A stretch of 64,000 nt of DNA from a virus (IMGVR_UViG_2731957577_000001:134000-197999), one strand, 5' to 3'. Positions 9,273 to 18,954 are shown, counted from the stretch's first letter. The notes: generated by a model from the letters alone, not told the origin. Program-made: numbers and translations.

Positions 9273-9818
9273 TCAAGGAACAAAGATCCGCTTTTCGTTA
9301 GGATGAAATGCAATCACCGGCACACCTCGTTCCTTCGCATAGGAAACGATCATCCCTGTCCCGCTTGGCGTCCCATCCCATACGGCAATGAGCCCATCGG
9401 ATCGATCCACCATGTACCGGTTCCTCCGCATCAAGCACTCGGGGCCGTCATATGGCCCCTGTGTGACAAAGTTCACGAAATCCGCAGATTGCATGTGTGC
9501 ATGGAGTTTTCTCCGGTCCTCCTCCCTCCAATTCCTCCCGTGATCCGTTGACGGAAGACAAAGCACCAGATGGATGTTGTACTTTCCGTGCCCCTCTGCC
9601 CTCCTCTTCGCTTCGAGGACTAAATCGGCAGCCCAGGTATCGACGCCTAATGCACCTCCGGTGACGAAGCCAACGGTTTTGTACTTGTAGACAACGCGAT
9701 GAATCATTTGTCGCAGGAATTGAATGACAGAACGCCGGATGGGATTGTCTTTATACCCTCCTAACCGTCCCGGCCGATGGCCGGTAAACGCATAGATTGG
9801 CATCTTGTTCACCTCCAA
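9273..9818 (-). CDS. SLOG family protein (DUF1273/YspA-like)
   Basis: FTGHRP, TGGALGVDTWAA, RNRYMVD, AVWDG..SGT. Confidence 0.88.
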   Translation of the reverse strand: MEVNKMPIYAFTGHRPGRLGGYKDNPIRRSVIQFLRQMIHRVVYKYKTVGFVTGGALGVDTWAADLVLEAKRRAEGHGKYNIHLVLCLPSTDHGRNWREEDRRKLHAHMQSADFVNFVTQGPYDGPECLMRRNRYMVDRSDGLIAVWDGTPSGTGMIVSYAKERGVPVIAFHPNEKRIFVP

Positions 9819-9847
9819 GATAGCTCAGATAGACTCGGTAAGTGTCT

Positions 9848-10350
9848 ACCTATGACACTTCATGGCGAGCGAGTGATAAATGAACTATGACATAGATTAT
9901 GAGATACGACGACCTATGAGACTTGAGGGCGAGCGAGTTATAAATGATCGAGTGAGATTTGATATCTATGATAACTCGACAAATTACATAAGGAGCTATC
10001 TATGAACTTGCAAGACGGGCGACATGGATTCAATAGACGCACCTATGAATTCTGGAGATAGTCGATATATCTATGAATGAAATATCTATGAGATATGAAA
10101 CGGAGCGGGTTATCAATGATAGATATCGATATGACATATGGAGATTGGCGAGATATACGATAGAAGCTACGATATGAGACGTGAGAGATGTCTGGGAAAA
10201 ACTATCGAAACCTAGCTATGAGATGTGATGGCGGGCGGGATATATGTCGAAGGGGAGGTGGTGACATTTCGCGACGGGCGGGTTCTGGCAAAGGGTCTGG
10301 AACAAATCATATCGATGAGATTGCAAGATGAGCGAGATGGATACGAGCTA
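9848..10350. repeat. Non-coding array of ~11 degenerate units phased at 43 bp (centromere- or origin-like)
   Basis: Unit starts 9850, 9914, 9957, 10000, 10043, 10086, 10129, 10172, 10216, 10259, 10313; TGA at unit positions 4-6 in all, CG at 21-22 in 10 of 11. Confidence 0.8.
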
Positions 10351-10429
10351 TTCCAGAGCCTTTGACATGGCTCGAAAGGTGGGGTACAACGGAGGAAAGA
10401 GGGCAGGCCATGAAAGGTGAGATAGCTAT

Positions 10430-11017
10430 ATGGTAGAGTGGCCAGAGCTTGAATATGTCACGTTGGGTGACGCAGCCGAGATTCTCAAGGTGCCTGCGCC
10501 AACTCTTCGAGGTTGGGCAGACAAACTGGAGGAACTCGGGGTACATATGCTCCAAAGAAATCATCGGAAAGAACGAATATTCACAAAACAAGATCTGGAG
10601 ATCTTCGAGTTTATCAAGCAACAAAAGGATCTGTATGGCCGGAAGACCACAACGGTTGACTTGGCCATGATGGTGAAGAATCGGTTTGAGTGTCGGAGTG
10701 TAGAGTTGCATCCGGAACTCACGGAGTATCAGCCAAGACCGGATTTCACGCCGGCCACCGCGAAGGCCATCTTGGAACACGAGGGATTCCAGCAGCTCAT
10801 GAATGCGATGGTCAACGCTGCGGCGGAAAAGGCGGTAGAGACGGTGAGAGAGGAAATGGAGGAGGAGAGACGCAAGTTCTGGGACGAGTATCAACGCCAG
10901 AGGGCAGAGGACACAGACTTTCTGCTGAACAAGATCAAAGAGAACAAGGAGCTGTACCAAGAGATCATTCGACTACAAAAGAGACCACTGTGGAAGCGGC
11001 TCTTCGGAAAAGAATAG
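10430..11017 (+). CDS. MerR-like HTH + coiled coil + C-terminal amphipathic helix (RocS/TubY/pSK1 Par-like segregation factor)
   Basis: TLGDAAEILKVPAPTLRGW...RIFT..DL; coiled coil; ends KRPLWKRLFGKE. Confidence 0.8.
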   Translation: MVEWPELEYVTLGDAAEILKVPAPTLRGWADKLEELGVHMLQRNHRKERIFTKQDLEIFEFIKQQKDLYGRKTTTVDLAMMVKNRFECRSVELHPELTEYQPRPDFTPATAKAILEHEGFQQLMNAMVNAAAEKAVETVREEMEEERRKFWDEYQRQRAEDTDFLLNKIKENKELYQEIIRLQKRPLWKRLFGKE

Positions 11018-11019
11018 GG

Positions 11020-11047
11020 GAGGGGCAGAAACGCGCCCCTCTTTTTT
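11020..11047 (+). terminator. Intrinsic terminator
   Basis: GAGGGGC-loop-GCCCCTC followed by T6. Confidence 0.75.
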
Positions 11048-11131
11048 ATGGATGAATGATAAAAAGATTCATTGGATAAGAGAATCATGATTATGGGATA
11101 CCAATGAAAAAGATTCTATGAAAAAATATGC

Positions 11132-11392
11132 TCAGCGAATCGGTGAAGTAGGGAAGGGATTTGGTGGGGGAGGATAGCTGCCCGCGTGTGACTCTTCGTC
11201 GAGAAAGATGACACGATAGAGCTGGCCAAAGCCCTGCATGACATCCACCACAGCGCTTGCATACTCCTTCATCTGAAGGTCGGATACCTCAATCGTCAAC
11301 TCATCAATCTTGACGGTGGACGGATTCTGGCTGAGGACGGAAACGCGAGGGAGGTCAATGTGAAGTCCTTTGAGAGTAAACTTAGTGTTCAT
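11132..11392 (-). CDS. Hypothetical protein
   Basis: AAGGAG SD, ATGA overlap with upstream gene. Confidence 0.65.
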   Translation of the reverse strand: MNTKFTLKGLHIDLPRVSVLSQNPSTVKIDELTIEVSDLQMKEYASAVVDVMQGFGQLYRVIFLDEESHAGSYPPPPNPFPTSPIR

Positions 11393-11670
11393 TGAGGGTC
11401 ACGCTCCTTCTGAGGTCTGTGAGAGGTCGTGTTTGACCTACGAATTTCGTCTTGGTTCTGAGATAGAACGTCATTGTAATACCGATACCCAGTGCGGGTG
11501 GCCTTAATCAGCAATTCCGAGCTCGTTCGCATCGTTATGACGTATCCTCGATCCTCAAGTAGCATCACCTGTGGGAGAGTTAGGCCATACTTGGCCAAAA
11601 GGCTCAAGGAAACCCAATGGTTCCGTTGCTTGGCATAGACCAGAACAAGCGCGAGATCCCGAAGGTTCAA
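11389..11670 (-). CDS. Putative winged-helix protein, paralogue of 25147..25359
   Basis: GGAGGTG SD; LED.G.V...T..GY..Y motif. Confidence 0.7.
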   Translation of the reverse strand: MNLRDLALVLVYAKQRNHWVSLSLLAKYGLTLPQVMLLEDRGYVITMRTSSELLIKATRTGYRYYNDVLSQNQDEIRRSNTTSHRPQKERDPQ

Positions 11671-11676
11671 CAGATG

Positions 11677-12048
11677 TCACCTCCCGGATCCCTTCACCAC
11701 GGGAATCTCTAGCTGCTGTCCAGGATGTAGGACCGAGGGGATATGTTGATGCTTCTCGGTGAGATAGATGAGATAGTTCAAGTCCGCGTTGTGATTATGT
11801 GCTGAAATGAGACCATAGAGGGTATCGCCGGGCTGAACCGTCACCGTCGTCCAGGTAACGTGGCTGGCCGACACTGGGGGACGAAGCCACGCCCACGCAA
11901 ATACGAGGACGAACCCTACGAACAGGGCAAGGGAGAGCGCCAGACCCGAGTAGCGGCGCTCCTTACGCGGTGTGGACAGTGGAATCCGACGCGTCTGCGG
12001 CAAGTACCTCGCGTACCCGCGATTCAAGCTGAGTGCGGTCTTTGACAT
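11677..12048 (-). CDS. TM-anchored LysM protein (YneA-like cell-division inhibitor candidate)
   Basis: Hydrophobic segment, then VTVQPGDTLYG...LHPGQQLEIP. Confidence 0.8.
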   Translation of the reverse strand: MSKTALSLNRGYARYLPQTRRIPLSTPRKERRYSGLALSLALFVGFVLVFAWAWLRPPVSASHVTWTTVTVQPGDTLYGLISAHNHNADLNYLIYLTEKHQHIPSVLHPGQQLEIPVVKGSGR

Positions 12049-12175
12049 AGTACAGAAACCTCGCTTTCACATAGGGTAAAGCTCCAGATTCCACGATGAG
12101 TTCCTGGTTATTCGAAAGAACGGCGACTACGCAGAAGCCATTGGTTTGCTTGCGAATGAAGAACCGCTTGACCAT
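11963..12175 (-). CDS. Hypothetical protein
   Basis: AAGGAGG SD; overlaps the LysM gene by 86 bp. Confidence 0.5.
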   Translation of the reverse strand: MVKRFFIRKQTNGFCVVAVLSNNQELIVESGALPYVKARFLYYVKDRTQLESRVREVLAADASDSTVHTA

Positions 12176-13084
12176 ATGCGACCCTCCTTAGTGACATTCC
12201 CCAAAATCCGCTGATAAGCGGATTCTTAAAGCCGGACATTGACATACGAACCTTTGACCTCCCGCAGAGGCGACACATAGGCCTGACAGACGGAAGAAGG
12301 CAGGGGACAAAGTGGCTGAGAAGGAATCGGGATCACAACGAGCATGGTGGGAACCAAGGGTAGGGGAGGGGGCAAGGCTGGCGTCGATTCCTCGGATTCC
12401 CGAAGGGCCTCCTGCAAGATGCGTTCAAATTCACTGGTCATGCATTTCAACTCCAAGAGGGGTCAAGAGTCGGGGAGGAGCAACCAAGAACTGACAACTA
12501 AAAAGCGAACAAACCGGGGTGAAAATACGAACATCATGTGAACTTTTTAAGAAGGAAATATCTAGGGTTCATTTTCCATAGGTTTGACCGGTCTTAATGG
12601 TTTATAGAGAGGCTTCGAACAGGGAGGGAGATGACGAACCGTGAGTTCCATGAAACCCGAGTTCAAAGAGAAAAAGAACGTCATCCCCCAAAACCCCAGT
12701 GACCTTGAGGAACACCCGATCCAAGCCAAAAGCAGGAGATGAGACCATGAGAACCCGAGGACCATGAAGCACAAACGCATGAAACCTCCAGGCCGGGGCC
12801 ATCGTATGCCCTTTTCCAGGGCGGAGGCATTGGGCTATACATTGGGGTGGGCTGACAGGAAGGATGGAGGCTTCATTCTCAACATGTCGCTGAATGAACT
12901 CAGAATATCCGCCGCGCGCACCGCCGGGCCGCCCTTGCAAATGGGGTTCAGCTGAATACATTTAAGAGATAGCCGGACCTGCTAGAACCATCACAAGTAC
13001 CAGTCACAGTCAATACAGTCACCTCCAATTGGAAAGGTGGGTCCGGCTTTCTCCCAAAAACACGCGTACATAATTGGTCCATCG

Positions 13085-13549
13085 TCACACCATTTCCGAT
13101 TCTAACAAGCGAGAAACCGCCTGGTTAGCCAGTTCATCGCAGCGTTCATTGTATTGATTTCCCGCGTGGCCTTTGACCCAAACAAAGCTCACATCATGCC
13201 CGCCATCTTCGACGAGGGACACAAGTTCTTGCCAGCACTCGGCATTGGCTACAGGCTTCTTGCTGGCGGTTCTCCAGCCATGCTTGCGCCAACTGGCCAG
13301 CCAGCCGCGGTTGAAGGCAGAACAGACGTATTCAGAATCGGAATACAGCGTGACCTGACATGGCTTGCGGAGCGATTTTAGACTCTCGATCACCGCACGC
13401 AGTTCCATACGGTTATTCGTGGTCTCTTTCTCCGCACCGCACTTCTCCAATGTCTTACCCGTAACTTCATCCTCAATGACGAATGCCCATCCTCCCGGAC
13501 CAGGATTGCCTTTACAGGCTCCATCGGTCCAAATGTTTACACGACGCAA
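13085..13549 (-). CDS. rnhA: Ribonuclease HI
   Basis: TDGACKGNPGPGGW, TTNNRMEL, SDSEYV, WVKGHAG, NERCDELA; all four acidic residues present. Confidence 0.95.
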   Translation of the reverse strand: MRRVNIWTDGACKGNPGPGGWAFVIEDEVTGKTLEKCGAEKETTNNRMELRAVIESLKSLRKPCQVTLYSDSEYVCSAFNRGWLASWRKHGWRTASKKPVANAECWQELVSLVEDGGHDVSFVWVKGHAGNQYNERCDELANQAVSRLLESEMV

Positions 13550-13627
13550 GAAAACGCCTCCTTTGGTTAAGATCAAGAATGCGGGACCAAAGGCCCCGCA
13601 TTATGTTTCAAGGTCAAAACGATAAGT

Positions 13628-14098
13628 TCAATTCTCAGTACCCTGCCGAGCCGAAATTAGCTGTTTTTCTAGCCATTGCACATAGGACATAGGCGGGGTG
13701 CCTTTCGATGAACCCCGAGACTCCAAGAACTCGTCAAAGAGACGCATCGAATCGTCCTTCAGGACTTCAAACAGATGATCATTCTCCTCCGAGTATGAGA
13801 GATACAAGCTATCCTCATAGGATTCGGGATAGTAGGGTGTTTCACTGCACCGAAGGGTCGGATTTTTATTCCGATCGAAGTACACAGGCTTCTCAAGGCT
13901 CTTGTTGTACTCTACAAACTCTTTGAAGCTAAACACCACATAGACGGAGTCTTCGATGCCCAGAGCTTCACTGGCCTCGATGACACGCGCCAGCATTCCC
14001 TCCTCGAAGTAGATGTCAAACTGCTCGATGCCTTCCTTGAAACGCACGATAGGATGGACACCAGACCGAACCATGTCTAGGAGTTCTAAGCCCCGCAC
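13628..14098 (-). CDS. Hypothetical protein
   Basis: GAGGTGG SD before GTG at 14098. Confidence 0.65.
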   Translation of the reverse strand: MRGLELLDMVRSGVHPIVRFKEGIEQFDIYFEEGMLARVIEASEALGIEDSVYVVFSFKEFVEYNKSLEKPVYFDRNKNPTLRCSETPYYPESYEDSLYLSYSEENDHLFEVLKDDSMRLFDEFLESRGSSKGTPPMSYVQWLEKQLISARQGTEN

Positions 14099-14277
14099 GA
14101 AACACCACCTCGTAGCCAATTCGCATTGGGCGGACTGAAATTGCTTGTTCTCATGGTCAAAGGCAACGGAAAAGAACCCTCTCGATTCAGGAAGGGGGAG
14201 AGGACTACAACTAGCAAATAAGACCAAAAGTACAAGAATAGAATAAAGCATCACAAGTATACATGAATCCCATCCGT

Positions 14278-14403
14278 TCAGAAAGGCAAATCGTCCTCGG
14301 TATAGTCCTCCGATGTGACGGGCGGGTCCGAAAACAATTCTTGAAGGATACGTACCCGCTCGTCGTCATCAAACAGCTCAGGATCCTGGAACCGCGCCGA
14401 CAT
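14278..14403 (-). CDS. Small acidic peptide ending in SSB-tail motif EDDLPF
   Basis: 41 aa; TGATG coupling to upstream small ORF 14403..14540. Confidence 0.6.
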   Translation of the reverse strand: MSARFQDPELFDDDERVRILQELFSDPPVTSEDYTEDDLPF

Positions 14404-14583
14404 CAAATCATCCCTTTGAAATGCACTGCATACATGCGGATATAACAAAGAATAGGGTAGGGGAGCACAAGCAATACGCCAGAGCACCAACCAAAGTGAC
14501 GAAATCCAAAGAAACGGTACGTTCTCTTTCTACGACTCATTTGCAAACCCCCTTCCCCATGAAGCCATGCAATCTAAGATGGA

Positions 14584-15000
14584 TTAACCCCAAGTGTTGT
14601 TGGGTACGAAACCAAAGGGCGGATATGACTGCGCTCCCGATGCCACTGGCTGATTCGATGAATCTGTAGGATTCGAAGTCTCTGCGCGGTCCAGGAACCG
14701 CACATTCTCAGCAATGACCTCTGTGACACGCACACGCTGGCCCTCTCGATTCTCATAGCTACGCACCTGGATCCGGCCATCGACGGCGGCTAGACGGCCT
14801 TTACGCAGGTACTGAGCGCAATTCTCGGCCATCTTGGACCACACAACGATCGGGATGAAGTCCGTCTCCGTCTCTCCGTTTTGATTCGTGCGGGGACGGT
14901 CGACGGCCAGTGTGAAAGACGCGACAGCCGTCCCGCTGTTCGTGTAACGCAATTCAGGATCGGCGGTCAGACGACCAATCAAGACAACACGATTCAACAC
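14584..15000 (-). CDS. ssb: Single-stranded DNA-binding protein lacking the acidic C-terminal tip
   Basis: [35 protein letters not shown]...V.GR.Q.R.Y. Confidence 0.95.
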   Translation of the reverse strand: MLNRVVLIGRLTADPELRYTNSGTAVASFTLAVDRPRTNQNGETETDFIPIVVWSKMAENCAQYLRKGRLAAVDGRIQVRSYENREGQRVRVTEVIAENVRFLDRAETSNPTDSSNQPVASGAQSYPPFGFVPNNTWG

Positions 15001-15113
15001 GATCTCATCATCTCCTCTGTTACTACTAAGACGGAAAACTATTCACCAAAAATGCCGATAGGCATAAAAAAGAGCGGCCGAAGCCGCATATAGGGAAGGA
15101 GATAATGAACTGC

Positions 15114-15509
15114 TCACGGGTTGTCATCCCATACGGCACCGCCGGAAATAGAAGAGTCATACGAGTACGATGGGGCCGAGCTGCTGCCTCCCGAGTGAGA
15201 GGCCCACACAGCGAATCCAATCACGATGCCCAGACAGATGAAGAAGACCATGACACAAACCCAACCTAATGCCTTAACACTCGGCGGTGCATTCTTATAC
15301 TCATTGTGGCGAAAGACGAAAAAGAACATCGTGATAATGGCTACAGCAATCATCTCCGGAGCAGTCATATTTGTGAGATGCATGCCATTTTGTCGCCGAT
15401 CCCGAAGGCGCTCCTTCTCCCGTTGAATCTTGCGCTGACGACTCGCGCGCATCGCTCGACGAACCACATAATGCCGAAAACCATAATAACCAGGCCCGTG
15501 GCGGCTCAC
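15114..15509 (-). CDS. Two-TM membrane protein with basic N-terminus
   Basis: GGAGG SD; two hydrophobic segments. Confidence 0.6.
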   Translation of the reverse strand: MSRHGPGYYGFRHYVVRRAMRASRQRKIQREKERLRDRRQNGMHLTNMTAPEMIAVAIITMFFFVFRHNEYKNAPPSVKALGWVCVMVFFICLGIVIGFAVWASHSGGSSSAPSYSYDSSISGGAVWDDNP

Positions 15510-15776
15510 CCAAACCCCTCCCAAAATGGAAATCCCCACTCATCGTACATTGTATACGACCAGGAACGAGCGCGACAAGAAACATGCTATAGATTCGCCA
15601 TTGTCCGAGTGATTTATAGTAACGAAAAACTCTCCTTACAACCCGATCTTGGCAATCTGCCTGAGTTCATCAAGACGATGGACCCTACCTGGTTCACCCC
15701 GAAAACCACTGAGGATCAAGAGCAGGCTATCCAAGAGGACATATCGGATGGATCCGGTCAATCCAATCCCTGATCT

Positions 15777-16409
15777 TCACGATGGCACCTCCACACACTG
15801 TCGATTCATGAGTGGCTCTACACACACCAAAGGAACGGGGCAGGCGGAGACAAACGCATCAAACCGTGCATCCAACCAAGGAGGCGTCCAAGGGGATGAG
15901 CGGCATACAAACACCCGGTCAAAGACCACAGGGACCTTCAATCCATCGTCATACTGCCGATCCATCTTCACGGCAGGCTCTTTATTCTCTGGAATCACTT
16001 CTCTCCACTTTGGGTATCGCATATGGACTTTGGCCAGTGGATAACCAATGAGCCAATCATCACAGTTGAAGAATCCGCGGAAGCAGGCCTCCCACACATC
16101 CCCTTGATAGCCGCCATCATGATGGGCGTCAAAGAGCCAAATCTCATCGACAAGATCCACCCAATCTTCGCGATAGGCATACCGGTTGCTGTCTGCATAG
16201 TAGCCGGAGGCGGCGGGAGAGAACGTAAACCGATCCCAAAACCCAATCTCCATATCCAGAGTATCTGGGAGTCTCCCAAACCACTCCATCAACTCAGGTT
16301 TGCGCTTCTCCCAATAGTCCACCATGAACTCCTTGGTCTCTCGCCGGCCTGTGCTACACCGGGGATCCATGAAGAAGTAGTCCCAGTCAACGACCAATAG
16401 CTTCAACAC
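15777..16409 (-). CDS. UPF0489/arginase-fold-like metal-binding protein
   Basis: VDWDYF, FDAHHD and S.PWTPP motifs. Confidence 0.65.
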   Translation of the reverse strand: MLKLLVVDWDYFFMDPRCSTGRRETKEFMVDYWEKRKPELMEWFGRLPDTLDMEIGFWDRFTFSPAASGYYADSNRYAYREDWVDLVDEIWLFDAHHDGGYQGDVWEACFRGFFNCDDWLIGYPLAKVHMRYPKWREVIPENKEPAVKMDRQYDDGLKVPVVFDRVFVCRSSPWTPPWLDARFDAFVSACPVPLVCVEPLMNRQCVEVPS

Positions 16410-16767
16410 ATTCGCCTCCACAAGGGAACGCCAGATTGACGCCGCGGATCGTGATTCCGTCGTCATTCAACGTGAAGCGGAAGTCTCCGAACAAAGACCG
16501 ATACACATACACATCGTCATCCATGTGCGAAAAACGGAGACTGAATATCGCGTACAAATCGTGTTCATCAGTGCTGCGAACCGAGAACTTAAACGGCCAA
16601 TTGCGAAGCACAGACTGCATCAAATACTCTCGCGCTTCGTCCTGGGACGTGATCACATCACCAAGAACCACAAACTCATCGTTACCCTTCGCTTGAACCT
16701 GAAATAGCATGCGTTTCACCTCAGAAAGAAAGAGGGTAGTATCGATATACGACCGCAATAGCTCCAT
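16387..16767 (-). CDS. Hypothetical protein starting MELLRSYI
   Basis: GAGGTG SD before ATG at 16767. Confidence 0.65.
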   Translation of the reverse strand: MELLRSYIDTTLFLSEVKRMLFQVQAKGNDEFVVLGDVITSQDEAREYLMQSVLRNWPFKFSVRSTDEHDLYAIFSLRFSHMDDDVYVYRSLFGDFRFTLNDDGITIRGVNLAFPCGGECVEAIGR

Positions 16768-16777
16768 GAAATGCACC

Positions 16778-17023
16778 TCATGGACGGCGGGGATAGGCCC
16801 ACACAAAACGGATTTCATCAAGAGGGAAATACATACGTGTATTGTCCTCCACCCGAATCCCGATCTCCCGCCTTGAGAACCAAAACAAATCTCCTCGATA
16901 CCGCCGACCATAATGAACAAATACGATCCGATCTCCTTGTCGTAATCGACACCCGCTAATCTCTATAAAATCGGGCGGGAGAGCCTCTGCCAGATAGGGC
17001 TGAATCAACTCCGTAACCATCAC
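16778..17023 (-). CDS. Small Sm/SH3-like beta-barrel protein (array member)
   Basis: TELIQPYL...GD.I.....Y.G.L.....I.I...FP...I pattern. Confidence 0.65.
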   Translation of the reverse strand: MMVTELIQPYLAEALPPDFIEISGCRLRQGDRIVFVHYGRRYRGDLFWFSRREIGIRVEDNTRMYFPLDEIRFVWAYPRRP

Positions 17024-17025
17024 CC

Positions 17026-17268
17026 CTAATCAATCAACAACCGACCATCCTCACTAACCCACCCAAGGCGGAGGGCGAAGGCAAAAGCCACAGATCCATT
17101 CCCATATAACACCGCGGTACCATCTCGAAAATGCTCCATCATGTCAGGATATACTAACTTGAATAACTCCGTAGGAGACAGGTTCATCACGTCTTTCCGC
17201 TTGTACCCGAGGTAGGTCACCAAGTGCGCGCGGCAACACCGGGCCAGATGCCTCTCCAGTTCCTCCAC
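17026..17268 (-). CDS. Hypothetical protein
   Basis: AGGAGGT SD before GTG; the longer ORF-track start lies in the IS end. Confidence 0.6.
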   Translation of the reverse strand: MEELERHLARCCRAHLVTYLGYKRKDVMNLSPTELFKLVYPDMMEHFRDGTAVLYGNGSVAFAFALRLGWVSEDGRLLID

Positions 17269-17363
17269 AATGCCACCTCCTATCCTGAAGACTAAAGTCT
17301 CTCGATCCACAAAATATAATGGCCTTAAGAATTTAGACACGAAAAAAGGATGTGTTAAGTTGT

Positions 17364-17666
17364 ATGTCAGCGATACGAAGGAACCATCCTCCGGAATTCA
17401 AGGCCAAGGTTGTACTGGAAATTTTGCGAGAAGAAAAATCGATTTCCGAGCTGGCTTCCGAGCATGGGATTCACCCCAATGTCCTTCAGCGGTGGAAAAA
17501 TGATGTCGTTCAAAATCTGGCGCAACTTTTTGTCGATGATCGCAAGGGCATTACGAAAATGAAAAACGAATACGAACAGAAAATCAACCAACTCTATGCG
17601 GAGGTGGGAAAACTTACGACACAGAACGCATGGCTCAAAAAAAAATCTGGCCTCCCGATTGACTAG
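17364..17666 (+). CDS. IS3 transposase OrfA (HTH)
   Basis: EFKAKVVLE...ELASEHGIHPN.L.RWK; ends WLKKK over an A9 slippery run at 17637-17645. Confidence 0.92.
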   Translation: MSAIRRNHPPEFKAKVVLEILREEKSISELASEHGIHPNVLQRWKNDVVQNLAQLFVDDRKGITKMKNEYEQKINQLYAEVGKLTTQNAWLKKKSGLPID

Positions 17667-18522
17667 ACAAGAGCGTTTGGCATTGCTGGATTGGGATTGT
17701 ACCGAACTGCCGCTCAGTCAACAAGCAGAGCTTCTCAGTCTCAATCGATCCAGTTTGTATTACCAGCCAAGACCGCCGTCGCCGGAAGAAGTGGCCATCA
17801 AACATGCCATCGATCGGATCTATACCCAATACCCGATGTTCGGTTCAAGGCGCATCACTGCGATTCTCAGACGGGATGAAGGCTTCCGTGTTCACCGCAG
17901 CACGATTCAGCGTTATATGCAGGAGATGGGAATATCCGCCATCTATCCCGGTCCCAATCTCAGCAAGCGTCATTTGCAACATCGCATTTATCCGTATTTG
18001 CTCCGCGGTCTGGACATCGTCCGACCGAATCAGGTGTGGGGCATTGATCTGACTTACATCCGATTGCAGCGCGGCTGGATGTATCTGGTCGCCGTCCTGG
18101 ATTGGTATTCCCGGTATGTCGTCGCCTGGCAGCTGGATCAGAGCCTGGAGATCGATTTCGTCCTGGAAACGGTGAAAACCGCTTTGGCTGTGAACAAGCC
18201 TGAAATATGGAACAGCGATCAGGGCAGCCATTTTACCAGTCCACAGTACATCGAACTGTTGAAAGCCGAACAAATCCGCATCAGCATGGATGGGAAAGGA
18301 CGGGCTGTGGACAACATTTTCACCGAACGGTTTTGGCGCAGTCTCAAATACGAGGAAGTCTATCTTCACGATTACGCCAATCCGCGAGAAGCTCGAAAAG
18401 GCATTACCCGGTACATCGAACTCTACAATCATTACCGGCCTCATCAATCCTTGAACAATCATACGCCGGCATCGATCTACTGGGGAAACGTGCAACTGCC
18501 CGATCTGGTTATCCACAGGTAA
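17596..18522 (+). CDS. IS3 transposase OrfB (DDE integrase core), expressed by -1 frameshift
   Basis: PNQVW..DLTYI, SDQGSHFT, DN...ERFWRSLKYE. Confidence 0.95.
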   Translation: MRRWENLRHRTHGSKKNLASRLTRQERLALLDWDCTELPLSQQAELLSLNRSSLYYQPRPPSPEEVAIKHAIDRIYTQYPMFGSRRITAILRRDEGFRVHRSTIQRYMQEMGISAIYPGPNLSKRHLQHRIYPYLLRGLDIVRPNQVWGIDLTYIRLQRGWMYLVAVLDWYSRYVVAWQLDQSLEIDFVLETVKTALAVNKPEIWNSDQGSHFTSPQYIELLKAEQIRISMDGKGRAVDNIFTERFWRSLKYEEVYLHDYANPREARKGITRYIELYNHYRPHQSLNNHTPASIYWGNVQLPDLVIHR

Positions 18523-18712
18523 GCCTGAATACAAGGCGGGCTCCCGCGCTTCGCTTGGGCTATGTCCGCCACCAGTGGACAGTCTCACTATCCATCATAT
18601 TCCAATTATGGAATCCGAGAATGGGGGTAAGATAAACAAAACAAAAGACTTTGTGAAAATATTCACCCCTTAATTTTTTTGAAAATCTGTCTTGACAAAT
18701 AGGGCCACCTTA

Positions 18713-18917
18713 AAACGAGGTCGCGGGGAATGCCATATATCCAAGGACGCTCTTTCTGAACCTCAATCTCAAAAAGCTCTTGGTTATACGAGAGCAACTT
18801 CCCCTTTAACACTTTGACCTTCGCATCCCTGATATAGCCGTCTATATACTCAACACGAACCATATCTCCAACCTCAAAGGTGCGCCTGCATTCAAGATAC
18901 TCTTGAACCAACTCCAT
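18713..18917 (-). pseudogene. Sm/SH3-like array gene (MELVQEYLE) whose last codons are displaced by the IS3 to 17292-17314
   Basis: Rejoined flanks read IPRDLVLWIERL*, matching paralogue LPRALLLSIEKL; current reading continues into the IS to 18663. Confidence 0.75.
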
Positions 18918-18954
18918 ACACATTTCTCCTTCACAAATCCCGAAGGGCATTACA

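Larger units (their letters stand above)
17315..18712 (+). mobile_element. IS3-family insertion sequence (~1.4 kb) with 3-bp AAA target duplication
   Basis: Imperfect IRs TATAATGGCCTTAAGAATTTAGACAC / CTGTCTTGACAAATAGGGCCACCTTA; AAA at 17312-17314 and 18713-18715; removing it restores a paralogue C-terminus. Confidence 0.9.

Noticed and set aside
9848-9947. CRISPR-like 36-nt repeats 64 bp apart
   Set aside because: Only two close copies, and the intervening DNA carries the same motif; explained by the 43-bp array
12505-12543. LexA boxes upstream of the LysM (YneA-like) operon
   Set aside because: Only CGAAC half-sites; no GAAC-N4-GTTC
17541-18410. GGCATTAC matches inside the IS
   Set aside because: Within transposase coding sequence and lacking the full 14-bp pattern
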